A stretch of DNA of 64,000 nucleotides. Origin: an uncultured Verrucomicrobiae bacterium. Its GTDB lineage: Bacteria; Verrucomicrobiota; Verrucomicrobiia; Limisphaerales; UBA11358. This document shows, in pieces, positions 36,875-47,963 of this stretch. Location: contig CAWDPX010000017.1 in assembly GCA_963804345.1 (NCBI GenBank), forward strand, positions 30,673-94,672, given 5' to 3'. A program made the position numbers and the translations under genes. The notes beneath the pieces were generated by a model. It was given only the letters and a program-made list of their open reading frames with translations, made no database searches and was not told the origin of the DNA. Positions within the stretch are counted from its first letter, which is position 1. Every line of letters begins with the position of its first letter.

Positions 36875-37852
36875 TCATTGCGCCGCCGGCTGGTTTTTGG
36901 TGCGGCCGGGCGGTTCGAGATAGTGATACGGATTGTTCGGATTGTCGGTGGAGTAGGCGAAGGCATCGCGGTGTTCCAGAAAGTTTTTCACCAGTTCGAC
37001 GGGAATCGCAAAACCCAGGCCCTCGCCAAAGGTGATTTTCATGTTCGTTACGCCGACGACTTCACCCCCGAGATTGAACAGGGGGCCGCCGCTGTTGCCG
37101 GGGTTGATCTGCGCGGTAGTTTGCAGGTAAAGCTCGCCCTCGAGCTGCCGGGTTTTGGTGCTGACAATCCCCGAGGTCACGGTGCGTTCCAATCCCATCG
37201 GACTGCCGATGGCAAACACGGTATCGCCGACGCTTAACACGTCCGAGTTGCCGAGGGTGACGTATTTGAACTTGGGCGCGTTCTTGTCCTCAATTTTCAG
37301 CAGCGCCAGGTCGTGAAATTTGTTGATGGCGATGATCTTCACCTGCTTGTAGGTCTCGCGGTCAAGCTGGCCGTTGTGCTGATGATACACTTCAACGGAA
37401 ATTTCCGTCTCGCCCTCGATGACGTGAAAATTCGTGATCAGATAACCGTCCGCGTTGATGAAAAATCCCGAACCCAGGCCGCCGGGCGTGCGGACCTGCA
37501 CGACCGCCTCGCCGATCTGCTTGACGAGGTCCTGCACATCGCGGGCGGCGGCGGGGCGGTTGTCCGAATAAAAAAATTGCGGAATGGCGTTGACGCTGAC
37601 GACCGGGTTGGATGCGGCTGGCGTTGGCGTTGGCGCGGCGTTGTCGGACTTGGAAATGCCGGCGATGACGTTACGCGGCACGACAAGCACGGTATAGCCA
37701 ACATCCACGACGATGGAATCAGGTCTTTCAGCAAGGATTTTGCCGGTAACGGCGGCCTGATCCTTCAATTGAATCACGTCGGCGCCCGCGGGGCGCAGAC
37801 CGCAGAAAAGCAGAACTGCCAATGTAATGGTAATATGTTTCTTCAACAACAT
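36875..37852 (-). CDS. S1C (HtrA-like) serine protease without PDZ
   Basis: GSGF, ITNFHVI, DLALLKI and INPGNSGGPL, plus a signal peptide. Confidence 0.9.
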   Translation of the reverse strand: MLLKKHITITLAVLLFCGLRPAGADVIQLKDQAAVTGKILAERPDSIVVDVGYTVLVVPRNVIAGISKSDNAAPTPTPAASNPVVSVNAIPQFFYSDNRPAAARDVQDLVKQIGEAVVQVRTPGGLGSGFFINADGYLITNFHVIEGETEISVEVYHQHNGQLDRETYKQVKIIAINKFHDLALLKIEDKNAPKFKYVTLGNSDVLSVGDTVFAIGSPMGLERTVTSGIVSTKTRQLEGELYLQTTAQINPGNSGGPLFNLGGEVVGVTNMKITFGEGLGFAIPVELVKNFLEHRDAFAYSTDNPNNPYHYLEPPGRTKNQPAAQ

Positions 37853-37938
37853 CGTCAGACGATAATGCAGCCAAGAACCTTTGACAAGCCGCCCGGCGCG
37901 GAATAACCGGCGTGGGGTGCGGCTTGAAGCACTGCCCC

Positions 37939-38014
37939 GGAGCGCGGCCTTCAGGCCGCTTCAACGCACGATTCCTCTGACGAACGACGATGAAGCGGCG
38001 TAAACGCCGCGCCC
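37939..38014. repeat. REP-like doublet
   Basis: GGAGCGCGGCCTTCAGGCCGCTTCA ... TGAAGCGGCGTAAACGCCGCGCCCC. Confidence 0.75.
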
Positions 38015-38069
38015 CAATTTCAAATTTCATGACGGTCAAGGCAGTGCCCAAATGTGTCCCCGGCGCGGG

Positions 38070-38624
38070 TCAGGCGCCAGGGTCGGTGGCTCCGGTGTAA
38101 CGCCAGATGGCCCAGACATGGGATTTCGTTTTGTCGCGGTTCGGATAGTGCCGGTGCAAGGCGTTACGAATCTTGAAGGCCCGCTCCCGCGACGCAATGA
38201 GACCGGACTCCGATGAAAGCTCCGAGACATCGAACGCTTCGGGGAAATTACAACCGTTGAGCAGCGCGCTGGCGATGAACTGGGCGTCCACAATATCGAA
38301 GCCGGCAATCTCGAAATCGGGATGCGGGAAATCGGCGACATCGGCGACCGAAGGATCACGGGCGACGGCAATTATCACCGAGGGGCGATGGCCTGAAACC
38401 CGCCGCAGGACAAAGTCGAGGCTGGTGTAGAAATCGAGCATGAACGCCTCCTGCGCAACGAACGGCCAGTCCTCGCTGGATTCCACATGGACGACCGGGG
38501 GACAGAGAATGCTGTCAAGCGTCACGACGCGGGTCAGGTCGGTGCGCCCGAGCCATCGGGTATAACCCAGCCACCGCTCCCCGTTGTTGGGGTCAAATTG
38601 CTCAATGGCCGTATAATAGTACAT
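38070..38624 (-). CDS. Hypothetical protein
   Basis: 184-aa ORF with protein-like composition, 9 bp from the upstream gene. Confidence 0.7.
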   Translation of the reverse strand: MYYYTAIEQFDPNNGERWLGYTRWLGRTDLTRVVTLDSILCPPVVHVESSEDWPFVAQEAFMLDFYTSLDFVLRRVSGHRPSVIIAVARDPSVADVADFPHPDFEIAGFDIVDAQFIASALLNGCNFPEAFDVSELSSESGLIASRERAFKIRNALHRHYPNRDKTKSHVWAIWRYTGATDPGA

Positions 38625-38633
38625 GGTTGAATT

Positions 38634-38933
38634 TCAAAGGACGGTAGGTGTTGGCCAAGTGTGAAAGACAAAGACCTCGCGATCAATCTCCGCCTGCTCG
38701 AAATACTGCATCCCTTTGGGATGCTCAGCCTGAATCTCTCTCGTGATGAGTGTCGCTTCCTTGACTCCCGTGATGCGCCAATCCTCATCACCAATCCAAC
38801 CTCGCGCCACCGCCTCCGCCTGACTCTGCGTGTCACGCAGAACCCAGCAATTGACCGTTGCGCCGCCATACTTGTCTCGCTTCGGATGTGTCTTCTTTGG
38901 ACGTACCTCAAACTGAAAAAAGAACATCGGCAT
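38634..38933 (-). CDS. Small hypothetical protein
   Basis: 99-aa ORF, globular composition, lower GC than its neighbours. Confidence 0.65.
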   Translation of the reverse strand: MPMFFFQFEVRPKKTHPKRDKYGGATVNCWVLRDTQSQAEAVARGWIGDEDWRITGVKEATLITREIQAEHPKGMQYFEQAEIDREVFVFHTWPTPTVL

Positions 38934-39056
38934 ATCAAAGCGCGTGATGTCGGCTAACAGCCATTGGCCGGCTTGTTTTGCCGCCGTCCATTTTCATATT
39001 TTTGACTTTGCGTATGGTGCACCGGTTTGTCCAGAGGAAATTACGCAATGAAACGC

Positions 39057-39248
39057 GGGCGCCCCTCATTAGCACCCGGCTTCAGCCGGGTGAAACCAGT
39101 TGTCACGAGGACAAAACCCGTTTCAACGGGTTATCCTGCGCCCGAAGCCGTTAAAACGGCTTTCCGACGTTTTTCGACCATCATCACCGGGCTGAAGCCC
39201 GGTGCTAATGAGAATTTTCCGCCGCTGTTCAGAAATTAGGATGCGCCT
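39057..39248. repeat. Multi-hairpin palindromic element (MITE/REP-like)
   Basis: CTCATTAGCACCCGGCTTCAGCCGGGTG / CACCGGGCTGAAGCCCGGTGCTAATGAG enclosing AACCCGTT..AACGGGTT and AAGCCGTT..AACGGCTT. Confidence 0.85.
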
Positions 39249-39504
39249 TTTTGCTAAAAAACTATTGCCACCGCGTGATTGTTTGATATTCTAAGAAGCC
39301 TTTTCGCCATGTTTGGCGAGGGGAAAACGGCCTTGATTTTCGCGTTCGAGTGAATGCGGCTTGCCGCGCCGGCTTGTCGCGTCGAAGTCCCGCAATGCGG
39401 GACGGAGACGGAAGCAGCGCGGAGGCGGGCCATAACAACATCAAACTCAATCCCGTGTTCCGCGGGATGGTTCGCTTCGGCGAATTTTTAACCAAAGGAA
39501 AATT

Positions 39505-40308
39505 GTGTTAAGCATTGGCATAAAAGAATTGTTGGAATCGGGCGTCCATTTCGGACATCAAACCAGGCGTTGGAATCCCAAGATGAAGCCGTTCATCTTC
39601 GATGCGCGCAATGGCATTCACATCATTGACCTCAGCAAGACGCTCGCGCAGCTCGAAGCCGCATGCGATTTTTTGTCGGAAACGGTTCGCAAAGGCGGCA
39701 AGGTGGTGTTCGTCGGCACCAAAAAGCAGGCGCAACAGTGCGTCAAGGACACCGCGAAGGAATGCGGCCAGTTTTTTGTCACCGAACGCTGGCTTGGCGG
39801 CACGTTGACGAATTACAACACGATCAAAACGTCCATCAAACGGCTGAAGGAAATTGAGAAAATGGACGCGGACGGCACGCTGGCCAATTACGGCAAGCAG
39901 GAGCAGGCGGTCATCCGCCGCGAAGCCGGGCGGCTCCAAAAATATTTCGACGGCATCCGCGCCATGGACAAGATTCCCGCCGCGATGTTCGTTGTGGACA
40001 TCAAACGCGAGCACAATGCCATCGCCGAGGCGCGCAAACTCAAGCTGCCGATCGTTGCCATCGTGGACACGAACTGCGATCCCGACCTGGTGGAATTTCC
40101 CATTGCCGCGAACGACGACGCCATCCGGTCCATCCGTACGATTCTGGCCACCGTTGGCCAGACCATCACGCTGGCGCAGGCGGAGTATGAATCCAAACGT
40201 TCGCGCCGGGCGGCAGCGGAAGCAGCCGCGCCGGCGGAAGCGCCACCCGCCGAACCCGCGCCGGTGGAGGCCGTTCCGGTTGCGACCGTTCCGCAGGCGC
40301 CGGTTTGA
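39505..40308 (+). CDS. rpsB: 30S ribosomal protein S2
   Basis: ELLESGVHFGHQTRRWNPKM and VDTNCDPD..IAANDDA. Confidence 0.98.
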   Translation: MLSIGIKELLESGVHFGHQTRRWNPKMKPFIFDARNGIHIIDLSKTLAQLEAACDFLSETVRKGGKVVFVGTKKQAQQCVKDTAKECGQFFVTERWLGGTLTNYNTIKTSIKRLKEIEKMDADGTLANYGKQEQAVIRREAGRLQKYFDGIRAMDKIPAAMFVVDIKREHNAIAEARKLKLPIVAIVDTNCDPDLVEFPIAANDDAIRSIRTILATVGQTITLAQAEYESKRSRRAAAEAAAPAEAPPAEPAPVEAVPVATVPQAPV

Positions 40309-40369
40309 TTTGCCGCGGCCCGGGAGTATTTCCGGCTGCCATTAACTTTCAACCAACAACTTATTTTAT

Positions 40370-41215
40370 ATGTCTCAATTTACTGCTGCTGATGTTGCCA
40401 AACTTCGTGAAATGACGAACGTGGGCATGATGGATTGCAAAAAGGCGCTTACGGAGGCGAAGGGCGACCTTAAGGCCGCCGTGGACATCCTGCGAAAAAA
40501 AGGCCAGGCCACCGCCGCCGTGAAATCCGTGCGCGAGGCCAGGGAGGGTGCCATCACCCAGTACATTGCGCCCGGGGGACAACTCGGCGTGCTGGTGGAG
40601 GTGAACAGCGAGACGGATTTTGTGGCGCGCAACGAACTGTTCCGCGCGTTTTGCGATGACGCGGCGAAACGTTACGCGACCGAAGCCAGTCCGAACCTCG
40701 AAGCGGAACGCGAGGCGCTCGTCACGAAAATCCGCGAAAACATCAAAATCGCCCGCCACGCGAAAATGGAGGTGGCCGGCAACGGTTTGATTGCCGGTTA
40801 CATCCACACCGGCGCCAAAATCGGCGTGTTGGTCGAAATCGGCGCGGGCAAGGCCGAAACCGCGGGCAAGGAGGAATTTAAGGAACTGGTCAAGGACATC
40901 ACGCTGCAGATCGCAGCGGGCCATCCGCACGCGGTTTCGCGCGAGCAGGTGTCGGCGGACATCATTGCCAAGGAACGCGAAATTGCCGCGCAATCCGACC
41001 GCCTCAAGGGCAAGCCGGCGCAGGCCATGGAAAAAATCCTGTCGGGCATATTGGAAAAATTTTACCAGACCTACTGTCTGGTGGACCAGGGCTTCGTAAA
41101 GCGCAACTCCGAAATCAGCGTGAAGGAACACGTGGCGCAAATCGCCAAGCAGCTCGGTGATGAAATCACCATTCGCCGGTTCGTGCGGTTCCAGGTCGGC
41201 GAAAGCGCGGCGTAA
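40370..41215 (+). CDS. tsf: Elongation factor Ts
   Basis: VAKLREMTNVGMMDCKKAL, EVNSETDFVA and RFVRFQVGE. Confidence 0.98.
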   Translation: MSQFTAADVAKLREMTNVGMMDCKKALTEAKGDLKAAVDILRKKGQATAAVKSVREAREGAITQYIAPGGQLGVLVEVNSETDFVARNELFRAFCDDAAKRYATEASPNLEAEREALVTKIRENIKIARHAKMEVAGNGLIAGYIHTGAKIGVLVEIGAGKAETAGKEEFKELVKDITLQIAAGHPHAVSREQVSADIIAKEREIAAQSDRLKGKPAQAMEKILSGILEKFYQTYCLVDQGFVKRNSEISVKEHVAQIAKQLGDEITIRRFVRFQVGESAA

Positions 41216-41235
41216 ATCTGCGAAACAAATCTTTC

Positions 41236-41270
41236 AAAAGGCGTCCATCCCGGACGCCTTTCTTGTTTTT
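41236..41270 (+). terminator. Rho-independent terminator after tsf
   Basis: AAAGGCGTCC-ATCCC-GGACGCCTTT plus a T-rich tail. Confidence 0.8.
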
Positions 41271-41311
41271 GGTCGCGACTTTGGTTTGACGGATGGCCCG
41301 GCGGCTGTTAG

Positions 41312-42070
<759 letters not shown>

Positions 42071-42140
42071 CGCGAAAAGCGAGAATATGGAATTTGGGTT
42101 CTTCAATGTTGCCAGCGGACTCAACGCCGCGGCCGGATAG

Positions 42141-42276
42141 CAATGACAAATGACTAAATCCGAATGACAAAAGAAATCCCAATGCCCCAATTACGAAACC
42201 AATCACCGTGCCTTCGCGCTGATTGGGTATTTGAGCTTCGTCATTCTTTAGTCATTAGGATTTCGTCATTCGTCAT
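42141..42276. repeat. Inverted heptamer tandem-repeat element (AATGAC family)
   Basis: AATGACAAATGACTAAATCCGAATGAC ... TTCGTCATT..GTCATT..TTCGTCATTCGTCATT. Confidence 0.85.
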
Positions 42277-42284
42277 TTCCCCGC

Positions 42285-43136
42285 ATGCCTGAACTTGCCG
42301 AAGTCGAAGTGCTTGCCCGCCATTTGCGCCCGCTGATTCGCGGCAAAACCATTCGTGGCGTGAACGTGCGGCGCGCAAAAGTGCTGGCGCCAACTTCGCT
42401 TCGCAAATTCCACCAAGCCCTGCTGGGCGCAAAATTCACCGGACTGTCGCGTCGCGGCAAATATCTGCTGTTTCAACTTCGCGCGAAAACCGGCGACGAA
42501 CCCGTGACACTGCTTGGACATCTGGGGATGACCGGCCGGATTTATTTCGCGCGGAAAAACGTGCGTCCGCCCCGGCACGCGGCGGTGGTGCTCGATTTGG
42601 GGGGAGAAAATCTGATATACGAGGACACGCGCTATTTTGGCCGGTTGACGCTGGACACTTCCGCCGTGAAACGGCTGGGACCGGAGCCGCTTGGCGGTGC
42701 CTTTGACAAATCGGCATTCGGGCGGTCGCTGAAACGGTCGCGGCAGGCCATCAAAATCAAATTGCTGGACCAAACACTGGTTGCCGGCATCGGCAATATT
42801 TATGCGAGTGAAGCGTTGTTTCGCGCGCGGATTTCGCCGCGATTGCCGGCGCGGAGACTGGCCGGGTCACAAGTCACGCGGCTTTGGCAGGCGATTCGCA
42901 AAGTGCTGGCCGAAGCCATCGAAGGTGGCAGCACCGTGCCGTTGAATTTTGACGGGAGCAGGTCGAATGGATTGTTTTATTTCGGCCGGGCGGCGGGCTC
43001 CCCGGATTATTACGAGGAACGATTGCGGGTTTATGACCGGGCGGGGCAGGCTTGTCCGAATTGCGGCGGCTTGATAAAGCGCATCCGTCAGGCCGGGCGG
43101 AGCACATTTTATTGCCCGTGCTGCCAGTCTGCGTGA
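42285..43136 (+). CDS. mutM: Formamidopyrimidine-DNA glycosylase
   Basis: MPELAEVE, RRGKYL, HLGMTG, GIGNIYASE and a zinc finger CPNC..RSTFYCPCCQ. Confidence 0.96.
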   Translation: MPELAEVEVLARHLRPLIRGKTIRGVNVRRAKVLAPTSLRKFHQALLGAKFTGLSRRGKYLLFQLRAKTGDEPVTLLGHLGMTGRIYFARKNVRPPRHAAVVLDLGGENLIYEDTRYFGRLTLDTSAVKRLGPEPLGGAFDKSAFGRSLKRSRQAIKIKLLDQTLVAGIGNIYASEALFRARISPRLPARRLAGSQVTRLWQAIRKVLAEAIEGGSTVPLNFDGSRSNGLFYFGRAAGSPDYYEERLRVYDRAGQACPNCGGLIKRIRQAGRSTFYCPCCQSA

Positions 43137-43190
43137 CGAATCGGTTTGACGCGCCGATTGCCGGTTTGTTAACATTCAATCTCTTTGGAA

Positions 43191-43265
43191 TCCAGAGTAG
43201 CTCAATGGTAGAGCGCGCGGCTGTTAACCGTGATGTTGTAGGTTCGAGCCCTACCTCTGGAGCCA
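43191..43265 (+). tRNA. tRNA-Asn(GTT)
   Basis: 75 nt with acceptor stem TCCAGAG/CTCTGGA, anticodon loop CTGTTAA, GGTTCGAGCC and encoded CCA. Confidence 0.96.
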
Positions 43266-43468
43266 TTTAATTAAGTCGTTGGCGGACAACGACAGCTTCC
43301 AGGAAAAGGGCTTCAAAATGTCCAAAATGGCCCAACTGTCAGTAAAAGTGTCAGAAGAAATTTGCCGGAGTGACGTGCCGGTCACGTTCCCGATGATTTC
43401 TTTCACGTGTCTGCCAGATGCCGTTAACCGGGCAATGTGCGTTTCTGTTATCCTCATGAAAGGCGCAC

Positions 43469-44555
43469 ATGAAAGAGCGGTTTTATTTGTTCAAACGCAA
43501 CGGCATCTACTATGTGGAGGATGGCGCGACGGGAAGGCAACAAAGCCTTAAAACCAAAGACGGCCCGGAGGCACGACGGATTTTGCACGCCAGGAACGAG
43601 GCGGTTCGATCTCCCACACTGAATGTCGCGCTGGCCAAGGTTTATTTATCGGCCCATGACCCAAAAATGCTCGAACGCACCTGGCAGGACGTGATGAATG
43701 AATTTTGCAGTCGTGGCAAACAACAGACACAAGAAGACCGTCGTCGTGTCGCCATGCGCAGGCCGCAAAATCTGCTGCGGAATTTGAAACTGGTTGAGAC
43801 GACGTCGGATGACGTGATGGGCGTGCTTAAAGCGGGTGGCGCGATGACCAACGCGTTCGTGCGCTGTCTGCATAATCTCGCATTGGGTTTGGGGTGGTTG
43901 CCGTGGCCGATTTTGCCATCCAAATTGTGGCCGGTCGTTGAGACCAAAAAGAAACGGGGCATCACCTGGAAAGAACACCAGCGAATCATTGCCGCCGAGA
44001 AAAATGTCGAGCGGCGACAGTATTACGAATTTCTCTGGGAGACGGGCGCAGCGCAAACCGATGCCGCGCAGATTTGCGCGGAGCAAATTGACTGGCAGCG
44101 GCACATCCTTTCCTATCAACGGCAAAAAAACCGGCGAGTGGGCGCACCTGCAAATTGGCAGGCCGCTTGAAGACCTGCTGCGCCAATTGCCTTCAAATGG
44201 CGTCCTGTTTGTGAAGATCGCTAAGACCAATAATTCCGCCCGCTCCGCTGAATTTCGCCGTCGCTGCCGGTTGCTGAAATTGAACGGTGTTTCGCTGCAC
44301 AGTTACCGCTATGCGTGGGCAGAGCGGGCACGTGCTTGCGGTTATCCCGAACGCTGGGCGCAAAATGCCTTGGGTCACAATTCTCGCGCGGTGCATCAGG
44401 CGTATGCGAAGGCAGGCGTTGCGATTTGCCCGCCGCTGGATGATTACGAGCGGATAGCCAAGAAAGTGCAAGGCGCGTTCACACCAGTGGAAGAAGCCGG
44501 AAGCCGGGCAAAGCCAAGTGAATCGTCGGGATTATTGTTGCACGCAACAAATTGA
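43469..44555 (+). pseudogene. Tyrosine recombinase/integrase, frameshifted at an A7 tract (44124-44130)
   Basis: ORF 43469-44170 (LWETGA) joins ORF 43938-44555 (SLHSYRY, ALGHNSRAVHQAY). Removing one A gives ..YQRQKTGEWA.. Confidence 0.82.
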
Positions 44556-44564
44556 ACAGCGAGG

Positions 44565-44852
44565 TCAGGCAACCGCTTGGCGTTCCTTTTCCCGCAGCTT
44601 TTTATCCTGCCGATATTTGATCAGGATGCGGGTGGCCTTGTCGAGCCAGGTGCGGTCGTGTGACAATTCCATGATCTCGTCAGTGCAGAAATACTTGTGG
44701 CCGTTGGGAGCAGGGCGGTCCAATGGTTTGAGCAGGCTTGAACTGATGAGCACCGGAATCTCATACGGCAAAAATCCCAAGACCTCCGCCGTCTGATTCA
44801 TGTCGAGGCGCGCCGGCAGACGTGGCAGCATAAGCATCGATTTTTCGTTCAT
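44565..44852 (-). CDS. Small HTH DNA-binding protein (excisionase-like)
   Basis: ARLDMNQTAEVLGF resembles a MerR/Xis-like HTH, and it converges on the integrase. Confidence 0.7.
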   Translation of the reverse strand: MNEKSMLMLPRLPARLDMNQTAEVLGFLPYEIPVLISSSLLKPLDRPAPNGHKYFCTDEIMELSHDRTWLDKATRILIKYRQDKKLREKERQAVA

Positions 44853-44896
44853 ACGTGAACCGCCGCTCCTTGCTCACAGTGGGTTGATTTCGTGAT

Positions 44897-45274
44897 TCAT
44901 ACGTTTTCCTTGGCAAAAGTGATGGCGACGGAGGCAACATGGGTTTTCAACATGGCTGCGAAACGCCGGTTCGCCCGCTGGACAAATTTCAGCTCATGTT
45001 TCTGGATGGCCCGGTCTATGGATTTGAGTCCGCTGCCCAGCACTGTGACCTCGGCCACGGCAAAATGGATCAACAACTGTTGTGGTGAAGTGTGGGGTTT
45101 TTTTTCCAGCGCAGGATTGGCGCACAGCTTGGAATACAGAAATTGTGCATAAGGCAGTTGAAAGCTTTCCTCATCGTCCGCAATCGCGTTCAACGTTGCC
45201 ACGGTGGCGTCGATGCCGTAACAGGGATTGTCACGCGAGCTAGACGGCGATTCGGTGAGTGGATTGGTGTTCAT
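44897..45274 (-). CDS. Hypothetical protein coupled to the relaxase
   Basis: 125-aa ORF overlapping the relaxase 3' end. Confidence 0.65.
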   Translation of the reverse strand: MNTNPLTESPSSSRDNPCYGIDATVATLNAIADDEESFQLPYAQFLYSKLCANPALEKKPHTSPQQLLIHFAVAEVTVLGSGLKSIDRAIQKHELKFVQRANRRFAAMLKTHVASVAITFAKENV

Positions 45275-47963
45275 AGTGCGGTTTATGGATTTGTTTGGGG
45301 CCTATGCGGGATGAAATGGATTGCGTGATGCGGTGGCGGAAATGTTTCAGGAAGCGATGGCCGCGCTGCAAAACACGCTGGATGAATTTTCGGCGGTGAA
45401 CGCGCGCGACAACTTCCACAGCCGCCAGTCGCGCACTGGACCGGGTGACGTGCGAGCGCAACAACTCGGCGTCATCGGTAAAAACGCGGCAGGTGTCGCG
45501 CCCGCGCGAGATGCTGACGTAAAATTGTTCCTGATGGATGGCGGGCAACGAACGCGATGAAGCCACGACCAATACTTCATCCACGGTCTTGCCTTGGGCG
45601 ACGTGTGAAGTGACGGCGTAACCGTGAGTGAAGGTGCGGTAAGTTTCAGGAATCATCCGACCATCGGTCAGCAAAACGGAATCACCTTGAATTGCTTTGA
45701 CCTCGACCAACTCACCGTTGATAAACTTTTTACGCCAGTTGGCCTGTAATAACAGTTTGTCACCGGCAGCAACTTTCAACCTCCGTTTCTCCCCCACATC
45801 AAAGCAGGCGCGGCCTGCACCCAATGGGAAAACATCTTCCGAACCATCGGCGCGTTGAACCTTGAGCGAATCATTGGCGATGGCGACTACCGCGACGGAT
45901 TCATTTTTGTCAAAACCATGCGCCGCCAGGTGAAACCGAAGCGCCATGCCGGGACGGTATTGCCGCGCATTCCGTTTCTGCGCTTCCGTCCATGACAGCG
46001 AATCGAAAACTTGGAATTCCTTTTCTTCACCGGCCAGCCGACCGGATGTTTTCAACGCGACACGAACTTTCTCCGTCACCCCCTCAATTTCATCCCATGT
46101 CGGCGCGACCAGCAGCACGGATTTGTTTTGCTCCAATGCTTTCAGATATGACTTCGCGGCCTCACCGTGCACACCGTGCAGATTGTCGCCCGAAAGCTCT
46201 GTTACTGCGCCCATGCGTTCCAGTTGTGCGAACGCTTCCACCGTCCGTTTCTGCGCGGCCAATTCGACGGCCTTGCGATATTCGGCGCGGCGTTGCCGGC
46301 GAATGCGGGTCAATTGACCGGATTGAAACTTGGAATGTTTTTCCAAAATCCGGAGCGCATCGCCACGGGCAACCGATGAGTGCTGGCCGGTGTCGCCGCA
46401 GAGCAGAACGCGGCAATCTTTCGCCAAATCAAAGAGCTGTTTCATGTCGTCAATCCCCACCGCCCCGGCCTCATCGAGAACGACCAACTGCCGTTTGGAC
46501 AGCCTGGGCTTTGACTGCAACAAATATTGCAACGTTTCCGCCTCGAAGCCTTCGTTGCGGAGAACATCCGTTGCCGCCGCCGTCGGTGTGCAGAATAGCG
46601 GTTCGACACGAGCCTCATTGCAGGCAGCGACCAGTTCATGCAAGGTCGTGGTTTTACCCGTGCCCGCCAGCCCACGGATACCGGTGATGCGGTCACCGGT
46701 GCGCAGCACATGCAGGATGGCGCGCTGTTGATCTTCACCGAGCCAGCCGGCGGGTTGGAAACTGGCGTGCAATGGAGTGACCGAATCGCATTCCGTGTTG
46801 ACCGTCTGAATCAAATCCAGTTCCGTGGCCAAAATTTCCCTGGTCGAAAATCCGTATTCTGTCCTGACCAAGTTCGGCGATTGCTTTACCGCAGCTTTCA
46901 ACGCCGGCAAATCCACTTCGCCCGGACGCTGCGATAGCGCCACTCCCAGCAATTCATGCTCCGGCACCACGGACTTGCGCTCAAATACATGGCTGACGGC
47001 GTGGGTCAGAACTTGGTTTTCATCCGCCGGTATCAACGCGGAAGGCCGGCCGGTTGCTGACGCGCAAATACTCTGTAACACTTGCCGTTCATCCGGCGAC
47101 AACTGAGCCAGTTGCTTTTCGCGCACTTCTGCCGTCGAGATGCCTTTGATCTTTTTCGCCCGGCTCTGATGCACGGCATGGGCAATTTCATTGTTGGTCA
47201 GTTTCCGCCCCAGCTTTTGTTCCATTTCCTGGACCACCTTGTCCCGTTGTTGCGACCGTTTTGAAAATCGTTGCAACACCTCATCGCTCACGCCTTCGAT
47301 TTCAAAGCCGTGCTTCGCCGGCCTGATTTGATAGCCGATTTCCTGAACCCGTCTCGCCAGTTCATTCCGATAAACCGCCGTGGCGTATCGAATCGCGTCA
47401 TACATCGGACGGGCTTGAAGCGCCTTCCAGCATTGTTCCTTTTCATCAAACGTGGCGTTGAACACTGTGCAATGCGTGTGCAAAAGCGGGTCGAGTTCAC
47501 GGGAACTGTCATGCAGAAACGCGGCGGCGACCAGGTTCCCGGTCATGCGGTCGCGTTGGTTGCCTGCCTTGCGCACCCGCGTTGCCGCGAAGGTTTCCAG
47601 TTCGCGGAACGCCATGCGCTCCGCTTCCTCATGTGCCGCCACCAGTCGTTCATCATTCAATGTCACTGCCAGCACCGAGACCGATTTTGGGGCCGAGCAG
47701 GTGAAATCATAAAAGACCCGCCGCTTGTCCTCCTTCTGTTGCCGTTGCGTCAGGCGTTCGCTGGTTTCAGGATTTAGGTTTTCACACAGCGCGTGAAATT
47801 GTTCGCACGTGACCTGCCCACTCAAAACCAATCGTTCCGCGCCCGTGCCAATCCACTGGCCGGGACGGATTTCGCCAGCGGCGTAGTAATCGTTCTGCGC
47901 CAGATGCTCGTCGAAATAGCTCTCGGCATCGGCTAGATTTTTATGCGCGACGGCTGTGAACAT
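45240..47963 (-). CDS. MobF (TrwC/TraI-like) relaxase-helicase
   Basis: N-terminal SYF..DYY, YDFTCSAPKSVS, the HUH motif HDSSRELDPLLHTH, Walker A GLAGTGKT, LDEAG, HGYAVTSHVAQGKTVD and YVSISRGR. Confidence 0.93.
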   Translation of the reverse strand: MFTAVAHKNLADAESYFDEHLAQNDYYAAGEIRPGQWIGTGAERLVLSGQVTCEQFHALCENLNPETSERLTQRQQKEDKRRVFYDFTCSAPKSVSVLAVTLNDERLVAAHEEAERMAFRELETFAATRVRKAGNQRDRMTGNLVAAAFLHDSSRELDPLLHTHCTVFNATFDEKEQCWKALQARPMYDAIRYATAVYRNELARRVQEIGYQIRPAKHGFEIEGVSDEVLQRFSKRSQQRDKVVQEMEQKLGRKLTNNEIAHAVHQSRAKKIKGISTAEVREKQLAQLSPDERQVLQSICASATGRPSALIPADENQVLTHAVSHVFERKSVVPEHELLGVALSQRPGEVDLPALKAAVKQSPNLVRTEYGFSTREILATELDLIQTVNTECDSVTPLHASFQPAGWLGEDQQRAILHVLRTGDRITGIRGLAGTGKTTTLHELVAACNEARVEPLFCTPTAAATDVLRNEGFEAETLQYLLQSKPRLSKRQLVVLDEAGAVGIDDMKQLFDLAKDCRVLLCGDTGQHSSVARGDALRILEKHSKFQSGQLTRIRRQRRAEYRKAVELAAQKRTVEAFAQLERMGAVTELSGDNLHGVHGEAAKSYLKALEQNKSVLLVAPTWDEIEGVTEKVRVALKTSGRLAGEEKEFQVFDSLSWTEAQKRNARQYRPGMALRFHLAAHGFDKNESVAVVAIANDSLKVQRADGSEDVFPLGAGRACFDVGEKRRLKVAAGDKLLLQANWRKKFINGELVEVKAIQGDSVLLTDGRMIPETYRTFTHGYAVTSHVAQGKTVDEVLVVASSRSLPAIHQEQFYVSISRGRDTCRVFTDDAELLRSHVTRSSARLAAVEVVARVHRRKFIQRVLQRGHRFLKHFRHRITQSISSRIGPKQIHKPHYEHQSTHRIAV

